From the NCBI GenBank assembly GCA_043228905.1, contig JBHGNT010000005.1, forward strand, positions 11,718,001 to 11,782,000: DNA of 64,000 bases, given 5' to 3'. How positions within the stretch are numbered: the first letter of the stretch is position 1; each line of letters starts with the position of its first letter. The notes under the pieces are model-generated. The model worked only from the letters and a program-made list of their open reading frames with translations. It had not been told where the DNA came from and did no database searches. Origin of the DNA: Azolla caroliniana. Its lineage: Eukaryota > Plantae > Polypodiophyta. The position numbers and the translations under genes are program-made. This document shows, piece by piece, positions 1 through 11,503 of the stretch.

Positions 1-2930
1 ATAAGTGAATCTGTTAAGTTGGGGATTACCGGAGCCGAACTGGAGGCACATATTCAAGGTGCCTTTTAGATACCGAAGTATCCACTTGACTGCGTTCTAG
101 TGTTCTCTTCCAGGATTGCTCATGAACCGGCTCACTACTATGACTGCATATCCGATATCCGGACGGGTACATACCATCGCGTACATCAAGCTTCCGATGG
201 CAGAGGCATATGGTATCTTCATCATATCCGTCTTCTCCACCTTTGTCCTCAGGCTTTGTTTTCCGGATAGCTTGCAATTTGCCGAAGGTGTCGATCCGAC
301 CGGTTTTGCCTCCGACATGTTGAACCGTTGAAGCACCTTTGTCACGTACCTCTCCTGTGACAACCACAATAGCTTCTTCGACCGGTTCCGGATGATGTGC
401 ATTCCCAATATCTATCTTACCGAACCCAAGTCTTTCATTGAGAAGGTCCGGTTCAGAGACTTCTTTAGCATCCGAATCTTGCCTTGGTCTCATCCGACGA
501 TCAACATATCATCCACATATAGGAGAAGTATTAGGAAATATCCTCCGTCAAATTTCTTCACAAACATGCAGTGATCGGCCTGCGTCTTGTGGTACCTTTG
601 GTCGGTCATGAAGGAGGTGAACTTCTGGTACCATTGCCAGGGGTCTTGCTTCAATCCGTATAAGCTCTTCTTCAACCGGCACACCAAGTGCTCCTTCCCT
701 TTCTTCTCAAATCCTTTTGATTGATGCATGTAGATTTCTTCTTCAAGGTCTCCATGTAGGAATGTCGTCTTGACGTCCAATTGCTCTACCTCGACGTCCA
801 TGCTTGCCGCTATGCTCAATACCATCCCGATGGATGTCATTTTTACTACCAGGGTAAACATCTTATCGAAGTCCACTCCTTTCTTCTACAGGAAGCCCTT
901 CACCACAATCCGGGCTTTGTACCTTGCTGGATTTCCGGTGTCTCCCGGTTTCAGCTTGTACACCCACTTGTTCCGGAGTGCTCTCTTCCCTTTCGGAAAC
1001 TCCATCAGTTCATACGTGTGGTTCTCATGTAGGGAATCCATCTTGCCTTGCATGACACTCAACCACTTGCGGTTGTGGGTGTCTCTCTTCGCTTCTTCCA
1101 AGCTTTCCGGCTGCCCCTCATCGGTTAGCAACACATGCTCGGCATACAGAAAATAGGGCTCTTCTCTCTCAGAGAGAATATCTTCGTCCCTGGTTTCTGA
1201 CCATTGGTTCCTCTGTTTGTTCCTCATCCAAATCCGATTCGGGATCTTATCCAGTTCCGATGTCTTCTTCTTCTTCTTCTTCTTCGGTCGGTTCAGTTTC
1301 TTGTCCGTACCCGGCCGGTTCGTCGAGTGTCATCCGGTTTCCAACTAACATCTGGCTTTTAACCGGGTAAGTCCTTGTGTCCTGAAGCCGGTTTTCATTG
1401 GATGATCCAGAGTTCATCACCTTCTTCTCCATGAAGACTATGTCCCGACTCCGGAACACCTTCTTGTCGACCAAATCCCACACCCGATAACCGAACTCAT
1501 CATCGCCATATTGAAGGAATATGCTTCTTCGAATTGGTAGTGCCGGTTTCTTTCTCTTTCCGGAAATGTCGACAATTCTTCTAGAAATGCCCCGGCTTCC
1601 CACAGTAGAAGCAAGTAGGCCTTCCCCTTGACGTCGACCTCGTTACCGATTTGTCCCAGTTTTGGGAACACCGAGACCAGTCTCTTCCCCAGTTGTGGTC
1701 ATCTTCCGTGACTAAGGCCTTCGGATCGGTTCCGGACTCCCGGTACTTCCGGCGAGATTTTTCATCTAGCAAGCTTGATTTTACCCTTGTGAGGGACAAT
1801 TGTTTTCCTTCCGACCCGGCGTTGCCCAACGTGACAACTAACATCTCCCAACTATCCGGGAGGAAACCGAGCAAGAGCAATGCGAGTACCTCATTGGTGA
1901 GAGGTACTTCCAACGTCGTTGCTTGGTGTATTAGCCCCTAGAAGGCATTCATGTGCTCCGCCATACTGGAGCCGTCCTGGTACCGGAGCCTCACTAGCTT
2001 CTGGAATACCGAAACCTGATTAACGGTATTATTGTTCTGGAACATGATGCCGATCTTCTCCTAGAGTTCATGAGCCTTGCTCTCTTCATTGAAGTTGTTG
2101 TACAAGCTTATGTCAATGAAGCACCGGATGTATGTCGTCGACTTCATGTGCATCACCTCCCACACTGTGGTGTTGATCTTATCTGGTCTCTTGTTCCCGA
2201 ATTGAACCGGCAACCAAAGATCTTTAACCACTAGCATATCCCTCATCTTCGACTTCCACATTGAGTAGTTGGAGCCGGTGAGCTTGAACATGCCGCCGAA
2301 CGATTCTTCCATTTCCTATGTTGTTCATTCTGATACCAGTTTGTGGAGAATAGCGCAGAATACTGTTCGGCCACAACCGAGTCCTTAGATCACTTCGTTT
2401 AAGGATCAAACATAGAAATGGGAATAGAGATGAATACTCGTACACCAAAAGAAAGTACACAGGATGTTTATGTGGAAAACCCTAATAGGGAAAAACCACG
2501 GGAGCCCACAAACACCAAACTATCACTATAAGAGAAAGGTACAATCAAAGACTCGGAGGCAATGACCTCGACCTCTATTTCTTCGCTAAGCGGCGGTTAC
2601 AACAAAGTATCGCTCTATATCTCCTCTCTCTATCTATCTATTACTCTTTATACAACAGTTATACACATACAACAATATGACAACACCCCCTGAGTGATTA
2701 CCCTAAGTCATATTTGTACTTATATGAACTTAGGGCTATTTAAAAATAAAGCCTCAATAGGCTTACTCAAAACATATTTACAAATATGTATTCTCTTCCG
2801 GTTCTCACTAGGTCCATCCGATCTGGTTCTCATCGAGTTCATTCGATCCAGTTTTCGGATCTCTTCTGGTTCTGACTGGGTCCTCTTCATTCATAACCGG
2901 ATCCCATCGGGAGGGACCGATTTCCCAACA
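1..2930 (-). mobile_element. Ty1/copia LTR retrotransposon (Tork/Tnt1-like, here family E), degenerate, internally deleted, 3' end beyond the window start
   Basis: gag MEESFGGMFKL at 2312, zinc knuckle CFYCGKPGHF, RT motifs (QLDVKTTFLHGDLEEEIYM, LLLYVDDML, GSLMYAMVCTRPDI) broken by stops and frameshifts; PBS TGGTATCAGA (tRNA-iMet type) at 2329-2338; closely similar to the copy at 56143-60191. Confidence 0.93.
2342..2930 (-). repeat. 5' LTR of the family E copia
   Basis: TG...CA termini (tgtggagaat ... ttcccaaca), PBS 3 bp from its inner end; homologous to 56143-56606. Confidence 0.85.
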
Positions 2931-5696
2931 CACCATACACATTACACCTTAACCCTCTAGTACACCTATATGGGTAACACCTCGAGGAAGTCGGTTTTAG
3001 CCGTCTTCCGATGTCTCTTTCCCCTAAGCTTACTCCAGCTATGCACTATGCTCACATCCATTCGTGAATAGCTTGTATATGCTCTCCATTCTTACCACCA
3101 TAATCTTCTTGAGACGTACCCCGAAGGACTGAGGGTAGGCCGTGTTTACCCTACCCGGTAACACTTTTGGAACTCCTAGTAATCTGTGATTTTTACAACC
3201 GAACATCAGGGAATGGATGTTTAGCCGCCAACACAGCAGAGAACCAACTCGTCAAGTTAGACGATAGACAAAAACCGAAGGACAGCGGAACGCGCTGCAC
3301 AAAAAGCATGCCTCAACACCTACTTTCCAGATCTCTTGGAGAGTACACTTGAGTCGACACTCACTGAGCAGGAGGTACTATCCCCACTTCACTACCATAA
3401 TGAAACCACCAGCACAACAGAAACCTCCCCACACTGCGTCGGTAGTATTTACCCCAACTCCGGACAATATACTGCATTGGCTTTCTCATACCCTTGTTTC
3501 AACGGAGAAATCGGCACCGAAGGTCACGCTCGGTTGCTCCTAAATGTTTGGAACGCCAACCATTTGTCGCAGCGGCTTCCGGAAGCTGAAGCCCATGTTT
3601 CTAAAATCGCGAGTTTGTCCTGACCCTCGACGGACACGCCACCCATTGGCATTCACAGTTTGACATCGCAACTTTCTCCTCCTTTGACCAACTCCACTCG
3701 GCGTTTTTATGCTTTTTTCACCGAAGTATTCCGCAACGTGAAATTATTGGCCAATTCTACTCTACTCAGTAGCTTGAACAAGAGTGTGTCGCTGATTTCA
3801 CCCTACGGTTTCAGAATCTAAGACGCTAGCTGACAAGAGCTCCCACGGAAGGCGAGGCAAAAGAAACGTTCTTGGTTGCCTTGCACCGACCCTTGCGAAC
3901 GATGTTGGGAATTCAAAATTTCACAGGACAAATGGCGGACACACTCATTGAAAGGGCCTTATAGCTAGAGTTAGAAGACGAGGGTGACGGGTTTTCCATG
4001 GCGTCGTTATGGTAAGCCTTACCTAAAGAGTAGGAGTATCATTTCTGATAGGCTATCCAGTGCACAACCAGTTTAAACCCGGGACACGCAACGGTCGAGT
4101 GCAACATGCGAGTCCACTCTCCTATTTTTCACTTGCAGGCGCATACGGTGGACCAATGCGAATATAAAATTTAAATTGCCTTGTAGCACCAGTACGCCAC
4201 ATCGAGCCTCAACGTACAAATCGGCGAACCGACCAGAGCCGACAAGAGGAGCGCTACCGGAGTTCGGTGCGCAATGATCATTCGGGCCATCCCAATCGTC
4301 CTCGCCGCGACAATGATCCATATTCGGAGGATGAGGATCCGGAGGAAGAGGACTACCCAAGAAATGATCGCTATAATCCTCAGGGAGGACGATGCTACGA
4401 CAGCCGGCGTTCCACTTAACAATCGCGGTGGGAAGGCCGAATTGCGCTCGTACGGCGGAAATCGACAATCGTGAAATCAACGAAACCATGAAGAGGGTTC
4501 AGAAGATGAGCGTTGCTAGGATAATTGTCGTGATTATTGCCGGAAGCCCCATAATAACAGACACTACCAGCGATCTCGGGAAGAGCAGGCACCACCAGCT
4601 GAGCCAGTAGCACCCTTAGTCATCGGGAAAGGTGAGTCTAGTGTCCATTGTTTTATTTGTCAACAACCAGGACACTACGCAAATCAATGTCAACGAAGGG
4701 AAAGGAGGCAACCGTGAACACCATCACAACAGAAATCCAACAAATTACGATTCGCAGCAAGGCCAAGTCCATTGAATGGGTGGAGCAAGATGAGATCCAC
4801 GAAGCCACTAAAGCTTGGGTCGAAAAGGCGAATGCAGCCAATGTCAACCACATGCCCCGGGAGTCCGTGAATGCAACTTCATCTTCCCATGTACAGGATA
4901 TGACACCTGTGGAGGACCCAATATGGCAAGCACTTGCGGATTGCTAGATTATGCTGACGATGGATAAGTTATTGAACCTGGTTCCTTGATTTTGACAGGC
5001 TATGGAAACACAAATGCGGGCCATGGATAGAGTAAATATTCCAACCAATTTTGTAGAGTCTAGTATGGGACCATCAGATCGACCATTAGAATCTGGTTAT
5101 CAAGGTGGTTTTGCAAGGTGAGGAAATTCCAAGTTGTATTATCGATGGAGGTTCCGGTGTGAACGTTACCAGCAAAGCCACGTGTACCCGTCTAGACATT
5201 ACGGAGTGGGAAGTATGCCCATTCTGGCTTCGTATGGCGGATACACGTTCTGTCTGACCATTGGGGTTGGTTTTGCAAGGTGAGGAAATTCTAGGTTGTA
5301 TTATCAGAATTTGGTTTTGCAAGGTGAGGACATTCCAGGTTGTATACACGTTCCATCTGACCATCAGAATCTGGCTATCAAGGTGGTTTTGCAAGGTGAG
5401 GAAATTCCAGGTTGTATTATTGATGGAGGTTCCGGTGTGAACGTTACCACCAAAGCCACGTGCACCTATCTAGGCATTACGGAGTGGGAAGTATGCCCAT
5501 TCTGGCTCCGTGTGGCGGATACACATTCCGTCTAACCATTGGGGTTGATCAGAAAATTGAAAATCGTAATAGGTGGCCATGCCTTTGAAATAGTAGTCGT
5601 CGTTCTGGCTCTCGATTCCCCTAGCGCCTACCCCATCTTGCTAGGAAGTCCATGGTTACATTCCACTAATATTAAGCAAAACTCGGAGTTCAATAG
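2931..5696 (+). mobile_element. Degenerate Ty3/gypsy (non-chromovirus) 5' part: LTR remnant, gag, protease; relative of the element at 33983-44073
   Basis: Probable LTR end ...ccggtaaca at 3163; gag segment ANHLSQRLPEAEAHVSKIA matches ANHISQRLTEPEAERSKIA; knuckle CFICQQPGHYANQC near 4648; protease IIDGGSGVNV and EWEVCPFWLRMAD; many stops. Confidence 0.85.
5086..5550 (+). repeat. Patchwork tandem duplication of the gypsy protease region
   Basis: ggttttgcaaggtgagga occurs four times; the IIDGGSGVNV...CPFWLR block occurs twice (about 5090-5268 and 5368-5547). Confidence 0.85.
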
Positions 5697-8600
5697 TGTT
5701 GAGAGACAAGCTCAACATCGGCCGGATCGGCTGAAGGAGCCGAGGACCGGATCGGTTGGAACCGATCGGTTAGGCCGAGTGCGTAAACCGGAAGGTCGTT
5801 AGGAAAGATATTCCGTGAGGAATATATTTGGGAGTTAGTGTAGGAGCTCTTGATGAGCATTGAAGTACTGTCAGTACTTCGGTCAGTCCTTCTAGGACTT
5901 GTATAAAAGTGTTCACTGAGCACAACTTATGTACAGACAGAGTATTATTGTTGAATATAGTTCTTGTGTTCTCTCTCACTCTCTCTGTCTCTCCCACGTA
6001 TATTGCGTAAGCTCAAGCTCTCCATTAAACCTGAGTGTTCTTCCTTCTGTTCGGTCTTCATACCTGCTTCCGCACGCTACTTTCTACATGGTATCAGAGC
6101 GCGAGGGTTGAGAGCCTCTCTGCAGCCAACACAGCTTGACGAAGAAGAACAAGAAGAACGATGGATAGAGGCATGGCGAGCTCGCTTCCAAAAGAGAAGC
6201 TCGACAGAACCAACTACGTGGCTTGGTCCTAAAAGATGCACCAGTACCTGCTCGGGCACGTCTACTGGAGTTATGTCGAAGGAGTTAATGACGCGGCACC
6301 CGTATCGACACACAGAGACTTCCTGTCGTGGGAGCAATCGGCGAGCAGGGTATTATACTACTTCGCGTCGTGTGTGGGCGAACAGCTATTGAGCTATGTT
6401 CGGGATGCAAAGACACCGAAGGGTGCGTGGGAAAATCTGAAGAAGATTTTCGCCGCGAGCACCACAGCCAGGAAGCTTCAACTCCGACAGGAGTTGAGCA
6501 ACCTATGACAACGCGACTTGTCGGTGGCGGACTACACCTCGAAGATCAAGGATATCTGCGACTCCCTCGCCTCCATAGAGGTGAACATCGAGCAGAGTGA
6601 GATGGTCCAGATCTGTCTCGGAGGTTTGGCGTCAAAGTTCAGAATGTTTCGAACGGCTGTGTGTACCCGGGAGAATACGCCGTCCTTTTTCGACTTACAA
6701 TCAATGCTCCTGGTAGAGGAGAACCACGCGGGTGCGTCTACAAGCACGCACGCCGACAGCAGATTGTTGTACACAGAGGGAGATAGGCCCCGTGGACGTG
6801 GAGGACGAGGCGAGTCGGGGCGCAATGGAGGCGGCCGACGAGATCAAGGAAGAAGGCACCGAAGTGATCCCGACAGCAACTCCGAACCCTCCGGAAACAG
6901 GGGGAGTCGAAGCGATGAGAACCGGCAAGGGAAGGCCATCGCGGAGTGTTGGTACTGTGGCAAGAAAGGCCACAGGGAAAGTGAGTGCTGGAAGAAGCGC
7001 GCCGATTCGGAGAAGACCGGTTCCGGAAACGGCTCCGGACATACCAACAAGGGAAATCGGCAGCGATCGCACTACGCCGAAGACTCCGGGAGAGCCGGAG
7101 AAGGGTCTGTCTTCGTGACGAGACACGAAGTAAACTCAATGAAGGAGACCACCCCGAGATCGGAAGAGGTGTGGTACGTAGACTCCGGCGCGTCAAACCA
7201 CATGACGAGCTATAAGAAGTGGTTCTCGTACCTTGAAAAACCGATACAACCTGGAGTAGTCGGAACTGGAGACGACACTACGCATCCGATCGCGAATGTC
7301 GGAGAAGTTCCCCTTAGCCATGTCGGGCAGAAAGGGAAACTCATGAACGTGCTGCACGTCCCGACCATCATGAAAAACTTGGTCTCGGTCGGACAGATCG
7401 TCGACCAAGGGATGGAGGTTCGGTTTACACACCTCGGGTGCTTCATTGAGGAAGAAGGCCGTGTGATTGCGCAAGGGCGCAGAGACGGGAGGATGTTCAT
7501 CCTCGACTCCACTGACGGCGGCACCGCAATGTTTGCAAAGGGAAGAAAAACCGAGTCGGACATCGACTTGTGGCATAAGCGGATAGGCCACGTCAACTAC
7601 CAGCGGCTTCAAGATCTGCAAACGAAACAGGTAGTATTCGGATTGCCCAAATTTAGTGGCCGAAAGGCACAAATTTGTGAAGCCTGCCAGCTTGGGAAGC
7701 GGTGCAGAACGGCATGGCCAAGAGAAAGAATCGGTCGATTGTGGAAGCGGCACGGGCAATGCTGGAGGAGAAGAGCTTGCCCAAGTTCTATTGGGTTGAG
7801 GCGGTAAGGACCGCGGTATACATCCAGAACCGGATCGGAGACAAAGTGTCGGCGCACGACCTATATTTCGGAACGAAGCCGAACTTGCGACACTTGAGGG
7901 TGTTCGGTAGCATTGCGTATGTGCATGTACCGAAGGAGAAAAGGAGGAAGTTGGACGCAAAGGCCGAGAAGTGCATCTTGGTCGGTTACTCGGACGAGCA
8001 GAAGGATTATAAGTGCTATAACCCTCGCACCAAAGAAGCGCGTGTCAGCCGCAACGTTGTGTTTGACGAGTTCGCGTTCTGGTACCTGCCCCCGACTCCG
8101 AACCCTGCCCCCAATCCGAGCTCTGACGATGAGGTCAGCGAGGCCGAGATGCCTCCGGATGAGCCTGAAATCGAGACCCGTGAAGAGAGTCCGATTTCAC
8201 TCCGGTTAAGTGGACCGATTGGACGACTGAGTTGGTACGACCAGTCCGATGAAGAGCTGGCGAGTAGTGGAGACTCGGCCGTGCATTCCCCACGCAGGAA
8301 GCTGAGGAGACGGCTTACGCGCAAAGAGAAAGGGAAGAAGAAGGTGTCGGATTCCGGCACGGATAGGAACGAGTCAGTCCAACACGAGTCCGATTCCGAG
8401 GGAACCGATGACGGGTCTTTAAAGGTGAAGACCGCGTTGCCCGAGAAGGCCTCGACATCGGCTAATGTGAGATTACGCCGATCTACCCCCCAGAAGAATC
8501 CTGTTTTGCGGTTTCGATACAATGAGTACATGGCGCATCATTATGCGTCCATGACCTGTGTAGCGGAAGTGCGTGAGCCGGAGAGCTACGCAGAAGCGGC

Positions 8601-10130
8601 TAAAAACGCGAATTGGCATGCCGCGATGGAGGAAGAGATGCACGCATTGGTGGAGAACGAGACATGGGACCTGGTTGACGCACCGAAGGGGGTAAAACCG
8701 ATCGGGTGTAGGTGGGTGTACAAGGTCAAGTACAACACCGATGGCTCGGTCAACCGGTACAAGGCTCGGCTAGTGGCAAAAGGCTACGCGCAGAAACACG
8801 GCATCGACTACGATGAGACGTTTGCGCCGGTCGCGAAACTGACGACTGTCCGTGTTTTTCTCGCATTAGCCGTGGCCAAGGGGTGGCACCTACATCAAAT
8901 GGATGTAAAGAATGCGTTCCTGCAAGGTGACCTTGAGGAACAAGTGTACATGGTACAACCCCCCGGATTTCACTCCGGAACGAACACGTCGGCAGTATGC
9001 CGACTGAAGAAGTCCCTTTACGGACTAAAGCAAGCCCCGCGTGCCTGGAACGCGAAGATCACGCAACAACTGCGTCGGATGGGATTCGTCACGACAAAAT
9101 CGGACTCTTCCCTGTTCATCTGGAAAGGTCGACTCGGACCGGTTAGTGTTTTACTATATGTTGATGACTTGGTCACCACCGGCGTCGACCTAGGTGAAAT
9201 CAACCGCGTGAAGCTCCAGCTTGTGGCATCGTTCGATATGAAGGATCTGGGGGACCTTCATTACTTCCTCGGGATCGAAGTGATCCCTACCCCTGAAGGC
9301 ATATTGATAAGCCAACATCATTACGTGATGGGTATGCTCTTCAAACTCGGGACGGCCGACTATAAGTCCGTCTCAACTCCTCTAGACAGAACCGTCAAGC
9401 TTCGTCCCGATACGCGAAAGGTATGCAACCCGACGAGGTTTCGACAAATTGCCAGAAGCCTCATATACTTGACCATCACCCGACCCGACCTCAGTTATCC
9501 GATCGGGGTGATCAGTCAGTTCATGGCGCGACCTACCGAGGAGCACCTTCAGTGTGCGCAACGCGTACTTCGGTACGTAAGCGGCACTAAGGACCGCGGA
9601 CTACTATATCGGACCGGTGCAGCCGCGCAGTTAGTTGGCTACACCGATGTTGATTGGGCTGGCAACGCCGCCGATCGCCGATCCACGTCTGGATACACGT
9701 TCTCCCTCGGGAGTGCCGAAGCCGAGTACCGAGGAGCGGCTGTCGCGACATGCGAAGCCATATGGTTGAAGCGGCTACTTAAGGACCTGCAAGAGGAGGT
9801 GTCAGATCCGACGACGATCTACTGCGACAACCTCAACAGCATCCAGCTCGCGAAAAACCCCATTTTCCACGCACGGACCAAGCACATTGAGGTGCACTAC
9901 CATTTCGTCCGTAAGCGTGTCCTTTCCGGTGAAGTCGAACCTCAGTACGTGTCGACGGATCGGCAGATTGCCGACATCTTCACCAAGCCTCTTGGTCTGG
10001 ACAAGTTGCGGCAATTCTCAGGTGCGCTCGGATTGCGTCACCTCGACGTGCCAAACTTGAGGGGGAGAACAGTCCCGAACGACCAAGCAAGGTAGCAGGA
10101 AAGGAGCGGAGACCGCGACACCACCGAGTC
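5697..10130 (+). mobile_element. Ty1/copia (family A, copy 1), 3'-truncated, no 3' LTR
   Basis: 5' LTR 5697-6088 (tgttgagag...tttctaca), PBS tggtatcagagc 6089-6100, gag from ~6161, knuckle CWYCGKKGHRESEC, protease WYVDSGASNHM, RT and RNase H in ORF 7702-10095. Confidence 0.93.
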
Positions 10131-11500
10131 GGTTGACTCGTTTGGATCGGAGAAGATTGAGGACTTCTCCAATCATTGAGTCCTCTAAGGAGAGGATTTC
10201 TCCCGATTGGGTGTCGACAACATTGACTTGGTTGTTGACTAGAGAGCGATTCGAGTCGGATCGTCCTCAATTCCGCTTGGATCGTTGATCAGTCTCTTTC
10301 TTCTTGATCGACCAGCAGTCGGAAAACATTGTGACCAGCTTTTCTGCAATGGTGTAGAATTCGCCTGATCGACTCATTCTCGACTTCAACCGCTATCAGT
10401 CTCCCCTCATTTTCGATCAACTATGATTTCGATTGGTTCTATCAATTTGTTCTCTTCATTGACTATGTCGGTTGACCAACTGAGTCAAGTGGCGGGCTTC
10501 TACCAACTTGCTGATGGTGAGTCCCATCAATGTTCGCCGAATATCCTTAGTGAGGATTTGGCCAATTGTTTTGTTCAGATTCAGGCTAGGACTGTTATTT
10601 GTGAATGTCGTAGAAAAGACCTCCCAACTCTCCGACGAGTTGGACATGAGGGCAAGGGCTTTGACTTCTTCTTCGAAGTTAATCCCTTGGGAGGAGAGTT
10701 CAAACTACACCTGACTAAAGGTGTTGATGTGAGAGGTTGTTGGGTCTAACTCTCTCATCTTCATATTGAATAGTTGTTGAATCAATATGAGTTTCGACGA
10801 GGAGGACATTTTTTCCTACACTGCTTGCAACTTCTCCCATAAAAAGAAAGTTGGCATCTCCTTGACCATGCTAAAGTAGACATTCTCGGCCAAATGCATT
10901 CGGATGGTGGAGCGCACGATTTCGTCTATGGATCCTCACTCTTCGGCTATCATCGAAGCGGGTTTTCCACTATGTCAAATGGCTTTGACATGTCTTCTAA
11001 TGATTAACACATCCTACATCATCTCCTTCCACAAGGCAAAATTTTTGCCATCGAATTTTCGGATTTCAACTCCTGTTCTGGATGTTGAAGCCATATTCTT
11101 TTTCGAAGGTGGGATTTTTACTAACCTTGAACTCTTTTTCAGTTTTTTCTGTTGCTTTCGTTGCCGTTGAACAACAAGTCGCTCTGATAGCACTTTGTCG
11201 TGATGAATGCACGAAAGTAAGTGAGGACCGATCAGTGCATGTGCACAACAAACAAAACAGAGAGTATGACTATAGAAATTATGGAAATGTAGACACAGTT
11301 CAAGCTCAAATGGAAGCTCTCATTATTCTCTGTTCTCTCTCTCAGGGACCCAATATACAAGAAGATCAAGAAGAGGTTACAACGTTAGGTTGGGGGGTAG
11401 TCTCAAAACTTGGTGGTGGTCATTGTGAATCGATGATGATGGTATTCTCCTGAAATTTATCGTGTCTTTGAGAGACCGGAAATTGATGATATATATGAGC
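10131..11500 (-). mobile_element. Degenerate Ty1/copia 5' remnant (gag plus partial LTR) of a further family
   Basis: Minus-strand translation from 11094: MASTSRTGVEIRKFDGKNFALWKEMM*DVL...IRMHLAENVYF...LWEKL...EEEVKALALM..SESWEVF (copia gag); PBS-like TGCTATCAGAGC at 11181-11192; probable LTR edge at 11196. Confidence 0.75.
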
Positions 11501-11503
11501 TAC

